A DNA stretch of 64,000 bases, from NCBI RefSeq assembly GCF_964188315.1, contig NC_135673.1:46500001-46564000 (forward strand), read 5' to 3'. Source of the stretch: Podarcis muralis. Its lineage: Eukaryota. Shown here piece by piece: positions 12,950 to 23,876 of the stretch. The stretch's first letter is position 1. Each line of letters opens with the position of its first letter. The notes under the pieces are model-generated. The model was not told where the DNA came from. It ran no database searches and saw only the letters and a list, made by a program, of their open reading frames with translations. A program made the translations under genes and the position numbers.

Positions 12950-13757
12950 TCACAAGAATAAATTGGCTGGTTGGTTGGCATCTGTCTATCTCAGGAGACA
13001 ATGTAAGAGTGCCCCATTGGGATTGAAGTCCAATTGTTGCCCAGCCCCAAGAGGTACCTTTCAAAGGTGCCTGATGTGAACTGAGGTCCATTGTCTGAGA
13101 CGAGGACATCAGGACACCTATGAGTTGCAAACAGGTTCCGCAACACCCGAATGACGGCTTTAGTAGTGGTGGAGGGCATCAGGGCCACCTCCAGCCATTT
13201 GGAATAGGCGTCCACCACTACCATAAAGGTCCAGCCATGAAAAGGGCCGGCAAGATCGATGTGCACCTTCGACCAGGGTGCCTTGAGCATCTCCCAGGTG
13301 TTACCCTTAGCTGCTGGCGGTGCAGGTCTTGACTCTTGGCATGCTTGATAGGAGGCAACCCACAAAGTGATGGCATAATCCATGTTAGGCCACCAGATGT
13401 AACACTGAGCCAACGCCTTCATTTTGATGATCCCCGGGTGGCCGATGTGCAGAGCCTTGAGGACGCATTGGCGGAGTCTTTGGGGAACCACGACTCAGTC
13501 TCCCCACAGTAGGCAGCCACGATGAACCGAGAGCTCGTGCTGTCTGGTTGCAAACAGCTGGAACTCTGGTGCAAAAGACCCTTCCGGCCACCCCTTCCAC
13601 ACCCAGTTGAGTACATGTTTGATGGTGCAGTCCTGGGCAGATGCAGAGGCTATATAGGCGGCCGATACTGGTGCTGCTGGGAGGAAGGCCGCCATTTCCT
13701 GATGACCCCAGGACCACGGTACCTTCGTGCTGAGGAGGCAGTGTAGAGGCTTGGTTA
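12950..13757 (-). mobile_element. Ty3/Gypsy pol remnant (end of RNase H, integrase zinc-binding region and DDE core)
   Basis: LHIGHPGIIKMKAL...WWPNMD...C, WSKVHIDLAGP, VVVDAYSKWLEV and LVSDNGPQFTS in 12991-13491. VLNWVWKGWP...LLWGD in 13495-13695. KPLHCLL near 13750. Frameshifted. Confidence 0.9.
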
Positions 13758-14100
13758 GCGTTGCGCCTTGAACTCCTCATTGTCATCTACGATAACCGGT
13801 GGCAATTCACCCAGATGGAGAGGGACTGCACGTGGCAATAGTGAATGACAGAAGGCAGGGAGCACTTCATACGGGCAGAAGAAGCTGGAGCTCATATGCC
13901 ACCAGATTGACTTGAGCCTCCACTGGGAAAGGTTTGACCCTGCATGCATCTAATTTGCAGCAGGGTGGGGGACAAGTGCTCAAAGTGCCCCATGTTCCTC
14001 AAGTGCAAAGTGCCTTTAATCAGGTACCCTCAGGCTTAGCCCCTCTCCCAAATTCTGTGTCCCTACTCGAGGGGCTCATGAGACAGTGTGCAGGAGAGGA
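13758..14100 (-). mobile_element. Fragment of a chromovirus-type Gypsy integrase C-terminus (GPY/F domain and start of chromodomain)
   Basis: Manual translation gives PCCKLDACRVKPFPVEAQVNLVAYELQLLLP*, then LPAFCHSLLP...PPVIVDDNEEF. This resembles the KLD-RF-GPF...VAY-L-LP...HPVFH-SLL...PPP-IVD-EEE pattern. Confidence 0.6.
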
Positions 14101-14393
14101 AGAAGTGAAGCAAACTGAGGGTAGATCATCTTCAGTTTTATTTTCTGCTGCTGTGCAGTTGCCCAAGAGTTACATCCCCTGCTCTTTCAGAACAGTGTAG
14201 GTGGGGCTGGCAGGTGAGTCTGGGTCTGATTTCTGAGGATTGGACCCTCCCCACTGACTTCCATTGTGTGCTTTGATCTACAGCATCCTTCTTTGCTGGT
14301 GGAATTTACACCAGGTGACCAAGCTGAACAGGCATAGGAGACAGTTCCCTAACTCCCAGCCACTCTGGGCGGCTTCCAACACACATAAAAACG

Positions 14394-14497
14394 TTGGCCA
14401 AACTGCGGGAGGCAGTGGAAGACAGGAGTGCCTGGCGTGCTCTGATCCATGGGGTCACAAAGAGTCAAACACGACTAAACGACTAAACAACAACAAA
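14394..14497 (+). mobile_element. RTE-BovB LINE 3' end fragment
   Basis: CCAAACTGCGGGAGGCAGTGGAAGACAGGAGTGCCTGGCGTGCTC...CACGACTAAACGACTAAACAACAACAA is the reverse complement of the tail at 16251-16370. Confidence 0.88.
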
Positions 14498-14633
14498 TGT
14501 CAAACATTAATGATAACAGCCTGATCCAATACAAAAAAACTCACAATGTTTTTAAAATACAGTAAACAACTTATATCAAAACAAAAAAAATTCCTTCCAG
14601 TAGCACCTTAAAGACCAACTAAGTTAGTTCTTG

Positions 14634-14671
14634 GTATGAGCTTTCGTGTGCATGCACACTTCTTCAGATAC
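14634..14671 (-). ncRNA. Minimal type-I hammerhead ribozyme motif (minus-strand copy)
   Basis: Exact reverse complement of 14674-14711. Confidence 0.72.
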
Positions 14672-14673
14672 GA

Positions 14674-14711
14674 GTATCTGAAGAAGTGTGCATGCACACG
14701 AAAGCTCATAC
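14674..14711 (+). ncRNA. Minimal type-I hammerhead ribozyme motif (plus-strand copy)
   Basis: GTAT-CTGAAGA-A-GTGTGC-AT-GCACAC-GAAA-GCTC-ATAC: helix I GUAU/AUAC, CUGANGA core, 6-bp helix II, GAAA, palindromic AGCU helix III, and a UC cleavage site predicted after 14707. Confidence 0.72.
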
Positions 14712-15939
14712 CAAGAACTAACTTAGTTGGTCTTTAAGGTGCTACTGGAAGGAATTTTTTTTGTTTTGACTATGGCAGACCAACACGGCTACCCATCTGT
14801 AACTGAACTTATATCAAATTAATCAATATTCAATAATACATCTGATAGTAAGCAGTAAAATTAAATAGCTGCAAATAATACTTAAACAGTTTACACTTAT
14901 CAATTGCAATAAAGAATTACTAAACTATAATCAATAAAAATAATGGTAAGTCATAAACCAGGAAACATACAAAATCATGTAAAAATATCAAATTGAGAAG
15001 CAAGGGCATGTGCTTTTCATATCATATGCCCTTGGGGTGGGGGGGGGGGCAGGATGTTTCACAGCTATTGGCAAACTGCCCCCCTACAGAATATGGGCCT
15101 CCTGCCTGCCCCTGTACTGCTGCCAGCCCTGCCACCACAATTGACTCGCCCACAGGTACACCTACACTGCTGCCACAAAACCCCACACTTACACTAAGTA
15201 GAAATACTGCACGCAACACTAATATCTCACAAAACAAATGAAACTGATCTGTAGAAAACACAACTTGTAAAAAAAGAGACAATGCATGTATTTTTGTAAA
15301 TGACAAAATCTTTAATAAAAATATTTTTTTTAAAAAACAATCTGCCGCCTGAGGCAAGTTGTGTAACCTTGCCCCCGCGAAAGTGCCGGCCTTGCTTAAG
15401 ACCCACCATACTCGGCTCACTCAGCTCGGCACCAGCTAATTTGGGATGAAGAAGTCACACCGACGTATCTCTTTGGCTGAGAGGTGACTAGGGACTTAAC
15501 CTGGCCAAATCTGTCTGAGCTGGGCATCTGCCACATCCCAACTCACTCATCCCTGTGGATAGAGGGTTAGGATTGCACCCTTAGGCCCCAGATACCTGAG
15601 AGACTGCCTCTTTTGCTACAGACCCTCTCAGCTGTTAATATTGGCAAAGGGGCCTTAGGGTAGTTCTGCTGCAGGACATTCTCTGCAGCAGTCCCAAAGT
15701 TGCGGAACTCCTTCCCCACAGGGGTGTGTCTGGAACTGGCACTGCAATTTTAATTGTATGCTGAAGACGTACTGCTTTTCCTTGGCCTTTGGCGCTTGAG
15801 ATATATTTTTCAGGAGGCACCCTGTTCTTGCGATGGTAATTTGTTTTAAATTAGTGGGGTTTTCCCCAAGTTGCATTTTAAATTGTTGTGACCTGCCCTG
15901 GGACCGTATGGTGGCAGCTAGTAATAAATCAAATTAATA

Positions 15940-16140
15940 AAATTTGATTTATTAGGATAAACTTCCTGACAGCAAGAGCTGTTTGGCAGTGGAACAGACT
16001 CTCATGAGACTCCTTCTTTGGAGTTTTTAAAGCAGAGGTTGAATGGCCTTGGATGCTTTAGCTGAGATTCCTGCAATGCTGGGGGTTGGACTAGATGACC
16101 TTTGGGTCCCTTCCAACTCTAAAATTCTATAATTCTAATA
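15940..16140 (+). mobile_element. CR1 LINE 3' end
   Basis: Contains GGGGGTTGGACTAGATGACC..GGTCCCTTCCAACTCT followed by an (ATTCTAT)-type tail. Confidence 0.85.
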
Positions 16141-16250
16141 ATATACTCACCATCATCTTTGTATGTGTGCAACGAAAGGTAGCAACCGACCTACTATCAA
16201 AATAGCCGCTTCACTTCTCCGAATCGGTTCCTAAGGCAAGATTGTCCTGT

Positions 16251-17205
16251 GTGTTGTTGTTGTTGTTTAGTTGTTTAGTCGTGTCTGACTCTTCTTGACC
16301 CCCTGGACCAGAGCACGCCAGGCACTCCTGTCTTCCACTGCCTCCCGCAGTTTGGTCAAACTCATGCTGGTAGTTTCGAGACACTATCCAACCATCTCGT
16401 GCTCTGTCGTCCCCTTCTCCTTGTGCCCTCCATCTTTCCCAACATCAGGGTCTTTTCCAGGGAGTCTTCTCTTCTCATGAGGTGGCCAAAGTATTGGAGG
16501 CTCAGCTTCAGGATCTGTCCTTCCAGTGAGCACTCAGGGCTGATTTCCTTCAGAATGGATAGGTCTGATCTTCTTGCAGTCCATGGGACTCTCACGAGTT
16601 TCCTCCAGCACCAGAATTCAAAAGCATCAATTTTTTGGCGATCAGCCTTCTTTATGGTCCAGCTCTCACTTCCATACATCACTACTGGGAAAACCATAGC
16701 TTTTACTATACGGACCTTTGTTGGCAAGGTGATGTCTCTGCTTTTTAAGATGCTGTCTAGGTTTGTCATTGCTTTTCTCCCAAGAAGCAGGCGTCTTTTA
16801 ATTTCATGACTGCTGTCACCATCTGCAGTGATCATGGAGCCCAAGAAAGTAAAATCTCTCACTGCCTCCATTTCTTCCCCTTCTATTTGCCAGGAGGTGA
16901 TGGGACCAGTGGCCATGATCTTCGTTTTTTTTGATGTTGAGCTTCAGACCATATTTTGCGCTCTCCTCTTTCACCCTCATTAAAAGGTTCTTTAATTCCT
17001 CCTCACTTTCTGCCATCAAGGTTGTGTCATCTGCATATCTGAGGTTGTTGATATTCCTGCCGGCAATTTTAATTCCGACTTGGGATTCATCCAGCCCAGC
17101 CTTTCGCATGATGAATTCTGCATATAAGTTAAATAAGCAGGGAGACAATATACAGCCTCGCCGTACTCCTTTCCCAATTTTGAACCAATCAGTTGTTCCA
17201 TATCC
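16251..17205 (-). mobile_element. RTE-BovB LINE, 5'-truncated (~955 bp), with a 12-bp TSD
   Basis: RT motifs SPCLFNLYAE and NINNLRYADDTTL (16816-17148); C-terminal EIKRRLLLGRKAMTNLDSILKSRDITLPTKVRIVKAMVFPVVMYG...LQYFGHLMRREDSLEKTLMLGK (16362-16916); (CAA)n tail. AGATTGTCCTGT occurs at 16239-16250 and 17206-17217. Confidence 0.95.
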
Positions 17206-17459
17206 AGATTGTCCTGTCTGGGCACCAAATCAGGTTCAGCAATGGCAGTTGCTTTGAGTGGGAGAGCCCAGAAGGGGTCCCCTCCTCTTGGCTCCCTTGC
17301 TTCAGCCCAGGATACATGTGTGCCAGTCTGACATGTGTTTCCCTCCCTCAGTAGCCAAAAATGCCATCCCTTTTCCAAATTTCTGCCCGGGAAATGCAAC
17401 ATTTTGCCTTCTGCTGACTTGCAGACTCTGCTGGGACCTAATTTATTGCACCTTTCCCC

Positions 17460-17630
17460 CCATGGAGATCAAGGTGATGTGCATGGTTCACCCCTCATCT
17501 ACACCCCACAACAAACCTGTGGTCAGGCTGAAAGGCAGTGACTGGCTGGCCTAAGGTCACCCAGTCAGCTTCATGGCTGAGTTGGGATTTGAACCCTGAT
17601 CTCCCAGGTCCTAGTCTAACACTCTAACCT
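17460..17630 (-). mobile_element. tRNA-derived (CORE/MIR-like) SINE
   Basis: Same family as 8600-8780 and 22607-22830. Confidence 0.7.
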
Positions 17631-17644
17631 TGTGGTTCGCAAAC

Positions 17645-18830
17645 TTCTTTTCTTGACTGCATCAACAGATGTATAGTGTCTAGATCAAGGGAAGTAACAG
17701 TACCACTCTATTCTACCTTGGTGTCATGAACTGGCAGGACAGTGGGAAGAGGATCCTGGTGCGGCGTGTAACCATGACTGGGACCCACTGGGGCAAGCTG
17801 GGGATGGGAATGGAGAAGTTGGGGTCATGGGAAGTACACACAATGTACACACAGTACATTGTGCAGGGACCAGAAGATCAGGACCCTTCATCAGAGCCAG
17901 AGACGCCCCTGTCTCCACAATCAAAGCGGGCTCTGAGACACAGGGAGCAGTGGGAGGTTACGCTCCGGGAGGCTGAGGCAGGCAAGAGCTTTCCTCAGCT
18001 ATAGTAGGCTCAGAACAGGTGAGGGTCACCTACCTCATCCAGCCCAGATGCTGCAATCAACATGCAAGGTATAAAAGGGAAGTGGAGCTGAGCTTCTGGG
18101 TCTGCTCCGCTGCTGATGTTGATGGACCTTGGCTTGGATGCTCCGGGACCTCTACAGCGCTGTGCTTTGGGTTTGACTCTGGACTGTGTTTCCTGACTGC
18201 TGGACTTTGGACTTCGCTTACGTGGATTGACCCTCAGACTGTGTTTCCTGACTGTTAAACTTTGGACTTTACACACTGTACATGCCAGCGGGACTTGCTG
18301 CCAGGTAGGCTGAGGGTACAGGACATTTGGTCAGACCACACCTGGAATACTGTGTCAAGCTCTGGAGACCACAATTTAAGGATGTTGACAAGCTGGAATG
18401 TGTGCACAGGAGGACAACCAAGATGATTGTTGGTCTGGAAACCAATCCTTATGAGGAACAGTTGATGGAGCTGGGCATGTTTAGCCTGGAAAAGAGACAG
18501 CAGATAGGATAGCCATCTTCAAATATCTAAAAGAATGTCACATGGAAGATGGAGCAAACTTATTTTCTCCTGTTCCATAGAGTACGCCCCGAACCAATGG
18601 CTTCAAGGTACAAGAAAAATTCTGACTAAACACCAGGAAGAATTTTTTGGCAATAAGAACTGTTTGACAGTGGAATGTACTTCCCTAGGAGGTGGAGGAC
18701 TCTTCTTCCTTGGAGGTTTTTAAGCAGAGGTTGGGTGGCCATCTGTCAAGGATGCTTTAGCTGAGATTCCTGCATTGCAGGGGGGTTGGACTAGATGACG
18801 TTTGGAGTCCCTTCCAACCGAAAAATTCTG
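17645..18830 (+). mobile_element. CR1 LINE 3' portion, split by a solo LTR
   Basis: AGGGAAGTAACAGTACCACTCTATTCTACCTTGG (ends 17721) continues as TCAGACCACACCTGGAATACTG (from 18331). ORF remnant [11 protein letters not shown]...DVDKLE.V.RR.TKMI.GLE...[16 protein letters not shown]1 3' motif at 18780-18830. Confidence 0.9.
17722..18325 (+). mobile_element. Solo LTR (604 bp, TG...CA) inserted in CR1
   Basis: Begins TGTCATG and ends GGACA, flanked by CTTGG/TTTGG (5-bp TSD with one mismatch). TATAAAA at 18070-18076. Confidence 0.75.
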
Positions 18831-18929
18831 TGCTTCTCCTGCCACACCAGTGTGGCGCCCCACAGCTCTAACCACTACACCACACTAGCTCTCAAACAGG
18901 ATACAGATTAAAACTAAGTCAGTCTAATG

Positions 18930-19171
18930 CAGGGGTCAGCAAACTTTTCCAGCAAGGGGCCAGTCCACTGTCCCTCAGACCTTGTGGGGGGCCGGACTAT
19001 ATTTTGAAAAAAATAATGAACGAATTCCTATGCCCCACAAATAACCCAGAGATGCATTTTAAATAAAAGCACACATTCTACTCATGTAAAAACACACTGA
19101 CTGTATGCGGGCCGGATTGAGAAGGCGATTGGGCCGGATTCGGCTCCTGGGCCTTAGTTTGCCTACCCATG
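18930..19171 (+). mobile_element. hAT-type MITE with an 8-bp TSD
   Basis: Ends are CAGGGGTCAGCAAACT and AGTTTGCCTACCCATG. GTCTAATG occurs at 18922-18929 and 19172-19179. Confidence 0.9.
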
Positions 19172-22100
19172 GTCTAATGAACTTTCCCAGCCTGCTCTGG
19201 AGACGTTGGGGATTGAACCTGGGACCTTCTCATGCAAAGCACATGCTCTACTGCCCAGCTATGGCTCTACTCGCACCCACTTTCTGCTTGATAACCTTGT
19301 GATGCTGGGGAATCTCTTACTGGACCCAAAGGCTGCATTCTTTTCTGGGCAGCCTTCCAAGGGCCACATGCCAGTGGCAGGCAGGGTCAGAGGTAAACAT
19401 GAGTGGAGCCATGAGTTATTGTTATTTTCTTCTGAACAGGATGGTTTTTATTCACCCAACTCTCTGGTCTTTTGTTATGACAAGCCAAAAGCATTATTAG
19501 CATCAATGACACCCGCCAGTCAGGCCAAGACATGCAGGGTGCGAAGCAGGAGCCATAGAGGAGTGTGGCCTGGGAAGAGGTCCAAGGGTCATGGAGCGAG
19601 GCCTGAATGGCCACATTTGGCCCCTGGACCTCCTCACTCCTGGCCTCCTTTATCCTATTTAACTGATCCCACCCTTGTAAATGATGCTCCTACTTTCCCA
19701 GCCTGCCCCATCTCACTCACCCACCCTCTAGGCATCACACAACAGTACAGGTGGTCTGTTTGGGAACATCCAGGGAGATATTGCTGCTTGCAGGTGCAGA
19801 TTCCAAAATGCGGCACCAACAAGGGCCACACATAGTAAAATGCCCCTCCATGGGTCTCTTCCATGCCTTGGGCCTTCATTCCTATTGTTGACAGGAATGT
19901 TATTGCAACACCATGACAAGCAATTGCTATTCTACTTTTTCCATTGGTTTCCCCCTCACTTTCCTTTCTGCAAAAAGCTAAGGAGTTTGAAAATGGTTCT
20001 TGAAGCAGGTTTGTTGCGCAGAAGTGTCCAATCCATTTCAACTGTGCGATGTGACTTTCTACGTATGCCACTGAACCTCAAGTGAAAAACAGAACCATTC
20101 TGGAAGTGCCCGTGGTGGGGTGGTGGGGTGGAGGGTTGGCCTCTACAGTGCCAGGACTCTGTTTAATGCAGGTATGTTAAATTTTCTCCAGGCCTCTTGA
20201 GAACCCCCTCTCCCCTCCCCCGGCAACCGTTTTAGCAGAGCCGTGGGCTTGCCAGAGCTCTAACAAGGCCTCACTGCAATTCAAAAGGCAGTTTGCGTAG
20301 CTCTGGAATGTTGCCGCCAAGAATCCACAGTGCCATTTTTCCATGTTTGTTGCAGCATTTCCCCACATCTGTGCATCTGCGCATGCTGCAACCAGGAGCC
20401 TGCTCCCTTTCCAGTGTGCGTTGGAGGCTGGCGGTTGAAAACAAACCTCTCCGGAGAAAGCAGCAGCAGGAAATGCACGCCTGGAGGCCATCGCAACAGG
20501 AGGCAGGAGAGGCCCCAGCAAGGAGAAAACCTGGAAGCAGAGGGGAGGGGTGTTGAGGAATGCATGGGAGGCGGGGGTGGAGGTGGGGGGTAGAGACAGC
20601 CATTGTGGAGCTTTCAGTTCTGCGTGCTTGTGGCATTTCTCCTCTCTCCTTCTCCCCGCTGCAGCCCCTTGAGGATAGGTAGCATGCCGCTCTCATGTAT
20701 CCTGCACCCAGAATTGTGAAAGCTGCAGCAGGGAGCAAGAGGCACACTTCTGGAGGGGTGTGTGTGGAGGTGAAGCGCCTGCTGGTGAAAAATGATGTGC
20801 ACGTGCAAGTGATTTGTGTTGTGTGCACCCTTGGTCTGGCTGCTGCTGTTTAAACAGAGGCAGGATTCTGTTGCAAGCAAGAGTTGGCCCCTGGCCATGT
20901 GGTCCTTCCTACACCAGGAAAAGGAGTCTTCCCAGCTCCGCGGAGACACCTTGAACCCTCTGGCGTGCCACGTTTGAAACAATTCTGTCCTCCACAGCGT
21001 CATAACATCCTCTGGAGCGGCTGCCAAGTCCTTTCGGCAGGCAAATCCCATCTGGCTTGTGTGCATGAGATAGCTTGGAAATGGGCGTAGCCAACTTGGA
21101 GAGCAGGACTCCCACCCAGTACCTTAGACTAGTCCTGTTAAAGGGTGCGTGAATGCCAAAGAGTCTGCTCAAAGAGTCATACAGGGATGTCCAGCAGGGC
21201 CCCTGCAGGGTGCTCTCTTAAGGTACCTGATTCTCATGAGAACGGAACAGAGCAGCAGGCAGCCTTTACTCACCAAGAGCTGTAAAAAAATATGGGGCAG
21301 ATAGCAAGCTGCAGAGAGGTGGGTTTTGAACTCTGAACTTGCAATAAATCCTTTTGGTACTTACATTTGCTGAGCAACCGATGCACATTATTTATCAGCT
21401 GCACATTGCAAAAGGATATTGCATCCAATTTCTAAGCATATGGGGTGCTGGCGATGCCTTGTGGGACCTGCTCATGTTTGCGCTCCAACCCCGCCCCCCC
21501 CCCATTAAGCTGAGGGTGCCTCTTAAGACATGCAATTGTGAATTGTGGGAGAAGACTTATCAGTCAAGCAAGCTGTTGCAGAAGGAAGCATATCTGGCTT
21601 TTGCCCCGTATGTCGAGTAAGCAGCATAGGTTGAAAACAACCAAAGTAGCAGTGATTGAAAGAAATCTGTCAAAAAAAGAAGAAAAGAAGAGAAGAGTTT
21701 GGACTTGATATCCTGCCTTTCACTCCCCTTCAGGAGTCTCAAAGCGGCTCACAATCTCCTTTCCCTTCCTCCCCCACAACAAACACTCTGTGAGGGGAGT
21801 GGGGCTGAGAGACTTCAAAGAAGTGTGACTGGCCCAAGGTCACCCAGCAGCTGCAGGTGGAGGAGCGGAGACGTGAACCCGGTTCCCCAGTTCCCCCCCA
21901 AAAACAGTTCCCCGGTTCCCCAAAAGCGAAAGCCAGACTCCTGCACAGCCCAGGTCTATGGTACAAGTAAGATGGTTGCATACCTTACCTCAGAAGGCCT
22001 TACAAACAACCCTGTATTACATATGAACTGCTGAGATAATAGTGGCATAGAATCACAGAACTGTAGAGTTGGAAGGGACCACGGGGGTCATCCAGCCCAA

Positions 22101-22337
22101 CCCCCTGGAATGCAGGAATCTTTTGCCCAAAGTGTTGCAAGAGTCTCCCCTAACATGGTGCCCTCCACATGTTTTGAATTATAACTCCTCCTAGTCCCAG
22201 CCACTTCTCGTCCAAAACCTCTGGAGGGCAGCAGGTTGGCAAAGTCTGTTCTATGTATTTACCCAGAAGCAAGTCCAAGGGGGCTTAATCCTAGTGTGTA
22301 TAGGATTGCAGACTTTTACAGATGCTTTCATCTAGTT

Positions 22338-22586
22338 CATGGGTAGGCAAACTAAGGCCCGGGGGGGCGGATCTGGCCCAATAGCCTTCTCAATCCAGCC
22401 CGCGGACGGTCCGGGAATCAGCGCGTTTTTACATGAGTAGAATGTGTCCTTTTATTTAAAATGCACCTCTGGGTTATTTGTGGGGCATAGGAATTCGTTC
22501 TCCCCCCCCCAAATATAATCTGCCCCCCCCCAAGGTCTGAGGGACAGTGGACCGCCCCCCCCGCTGAAAAAGTTTGCTGACCCCTG
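22338..22586 (-). mobile_element. hAT-type MITE, same family as 18930-19171
   Basis: Runs CATGGGTAGGCAAACT...AGTTTGCTGACCCCTG; the internal sequence is the reverse complement of the 18930 copy. No intact TSD. Confidence 0.88.
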
Positions 22587-22606
22587 TTGATGTCAATGCA
22601 AATATG

Positions 22607-22830
22607 CAGCGGTGTGGTGCAGTGGTTAGAGTGCGGGACTAGAACCTGGGAGGCCAGGGTTCAAATCCCCACTCAGCCACGAAACCCACTGGATGACCTT
22701 GGGCCAGTCAGTATCTCTCAGCCTAACCTACCTCACAGGGTTGTTGTGAAGGTAAAATAGACTGGGGGAGAAGTGTATATGCCACCTTGAGAAAAAGTGA
22801 GATATATAAGTGTGATAATAAAATAAAATA
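22607..22830 (+). mobile_element. tRNA-derived (CORE/MIR-like) SINE
   Basis: A-box TGGTGCAGTGG, B-box GGTTCAAATCC, AT-rich tail. Further degraded copies at ~21730-21870(-), 23280-23480(-), 33260-33420(-), 34960-35100(+) and 58990-59200(+). Confidence 0.8.
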
Positions 22831-23499
22831 ACGATTTAATTGCAGATTAAGTTTCCAGGATGGACTTGCCCATTCCCTTCTGCAAAGAAGGTTGAAAGCA
22901 TTGTGAGGACGCCAGAAATGATCAGAGGCATAGCATGAGCCACAGCTCAGTGGCAGAACATCTGCTTTGCATGTGGAAGGTCCCATATTTAATCCTTGGC
23001 ATCTCCCAGTAAGACGGGAAATGTCCCTGCCAGTCAGTTTAGACAATACTGAGCTAAATAGATCAATGGCTGTAGAAAGTTTAGCTGGGTCTTAAAGTAA
23101 GGGTCACTGGAATAAAAAAGCATCTGTTGGGAAGATTAGGAAGACAGTATGGCAATGCAATTTTCTCCATCTTGAAAATATACATTACAGTAATTACAAC
23201 AGGGCCATATATTGGCATTGAACAGGCAGCAGCTTTAGAACGAACAAAAAAAGGAGGGGTATTAAAAATTTGCAATTATACCCTGTCTTTTGTGCAAGAA
23301 GCTTAATGTGGCACCATAGTTCTCTCCCCCCTGCCCTCCCCACTTTTACTCTCACAACAATGCTGTGACTTAGGTTAGGTTGAGATAAGTTGACTGGCCC
23401 AAGGTCAGTCACTGCAGAATAAAGATCTGAAAACGAGTTTTCCCAGGCCCTAGAACCAAAACTCTTAACTACTACCTCTCTCTTCCAAAGTACAGTTAG

Positions 23500-23876
23500 G
23501 TTGAAGAATTTTAGGTGGTGTGATCCTGCGGGACTTGACATCCTTCCGCAGGGCCTGCAAGATAGAGCTGTTCCGCCTGGCCTTCCCCCCTCCATGGGAC
23601 CCTCTTTGCCCTTTTATCAGCTCATGTGGGACCAACATGGACAGCTGGCCCTGATGAATACTTGAGGTTCCCGACCCCTAAGGTTGTAATTCGTGGGCAG
23701 TCATTTAAGTTTATCCTGATTCTAATTTTTAAGCTATATTATAATCAGTTGTTTGATTGTGTTTTAATGTATTTGATATTTGATGTTAGCCGCCCTGAGC
23801 CTGGTCTTGGCCAGGGAGTGCGGGGTATAAATAAAAAGTTGCTAACTTACTACTTACTTACTTGCTTACTTACTTA
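23500..23876 (+). mobile_element. L2-like LINE 3' end
   Basis: Ends GCCGCCCTGAGCC...GCGGGGTATAAATAAAAA followed by a (TACT)n tail. Similar short 3' fragments at ~15650-15940, 27640-27925, 48900-49130 and 50340-50620(-). Confidence 0.65.

Larger units (their letters stand above)
14581..14805 (+). mobile_element. Penelope-like element (PLE) terminal-repeat insertion with an inverted partial copy and a 13-bp TSD
   Basis: 96-bp arms 14576-14671 and 14674-14769 pair perfectly around a 2-nt loop. The end reads GGCAGACCAACACGGCTACCCATCTGTAACT. AACTTATATCAAA occurs at 14568-14580 and 14806-14818. Confidence 0.8.

Noticed and set aside
19300-21400. Cluster of 80-200 aa ORFs in the NONO-ZMYM3 spacer, including a faint Myb/SANT-like phrase
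   Set aside because: No recognisable motif or splice structure; the similarity is too weak to support by eye.
22607-22680. tRNA-like A/B boxes at several sites
   Set aside because: These are SINE heads followed by SINE bodies, with no complete cloverleaf. They are not tRNA genes.
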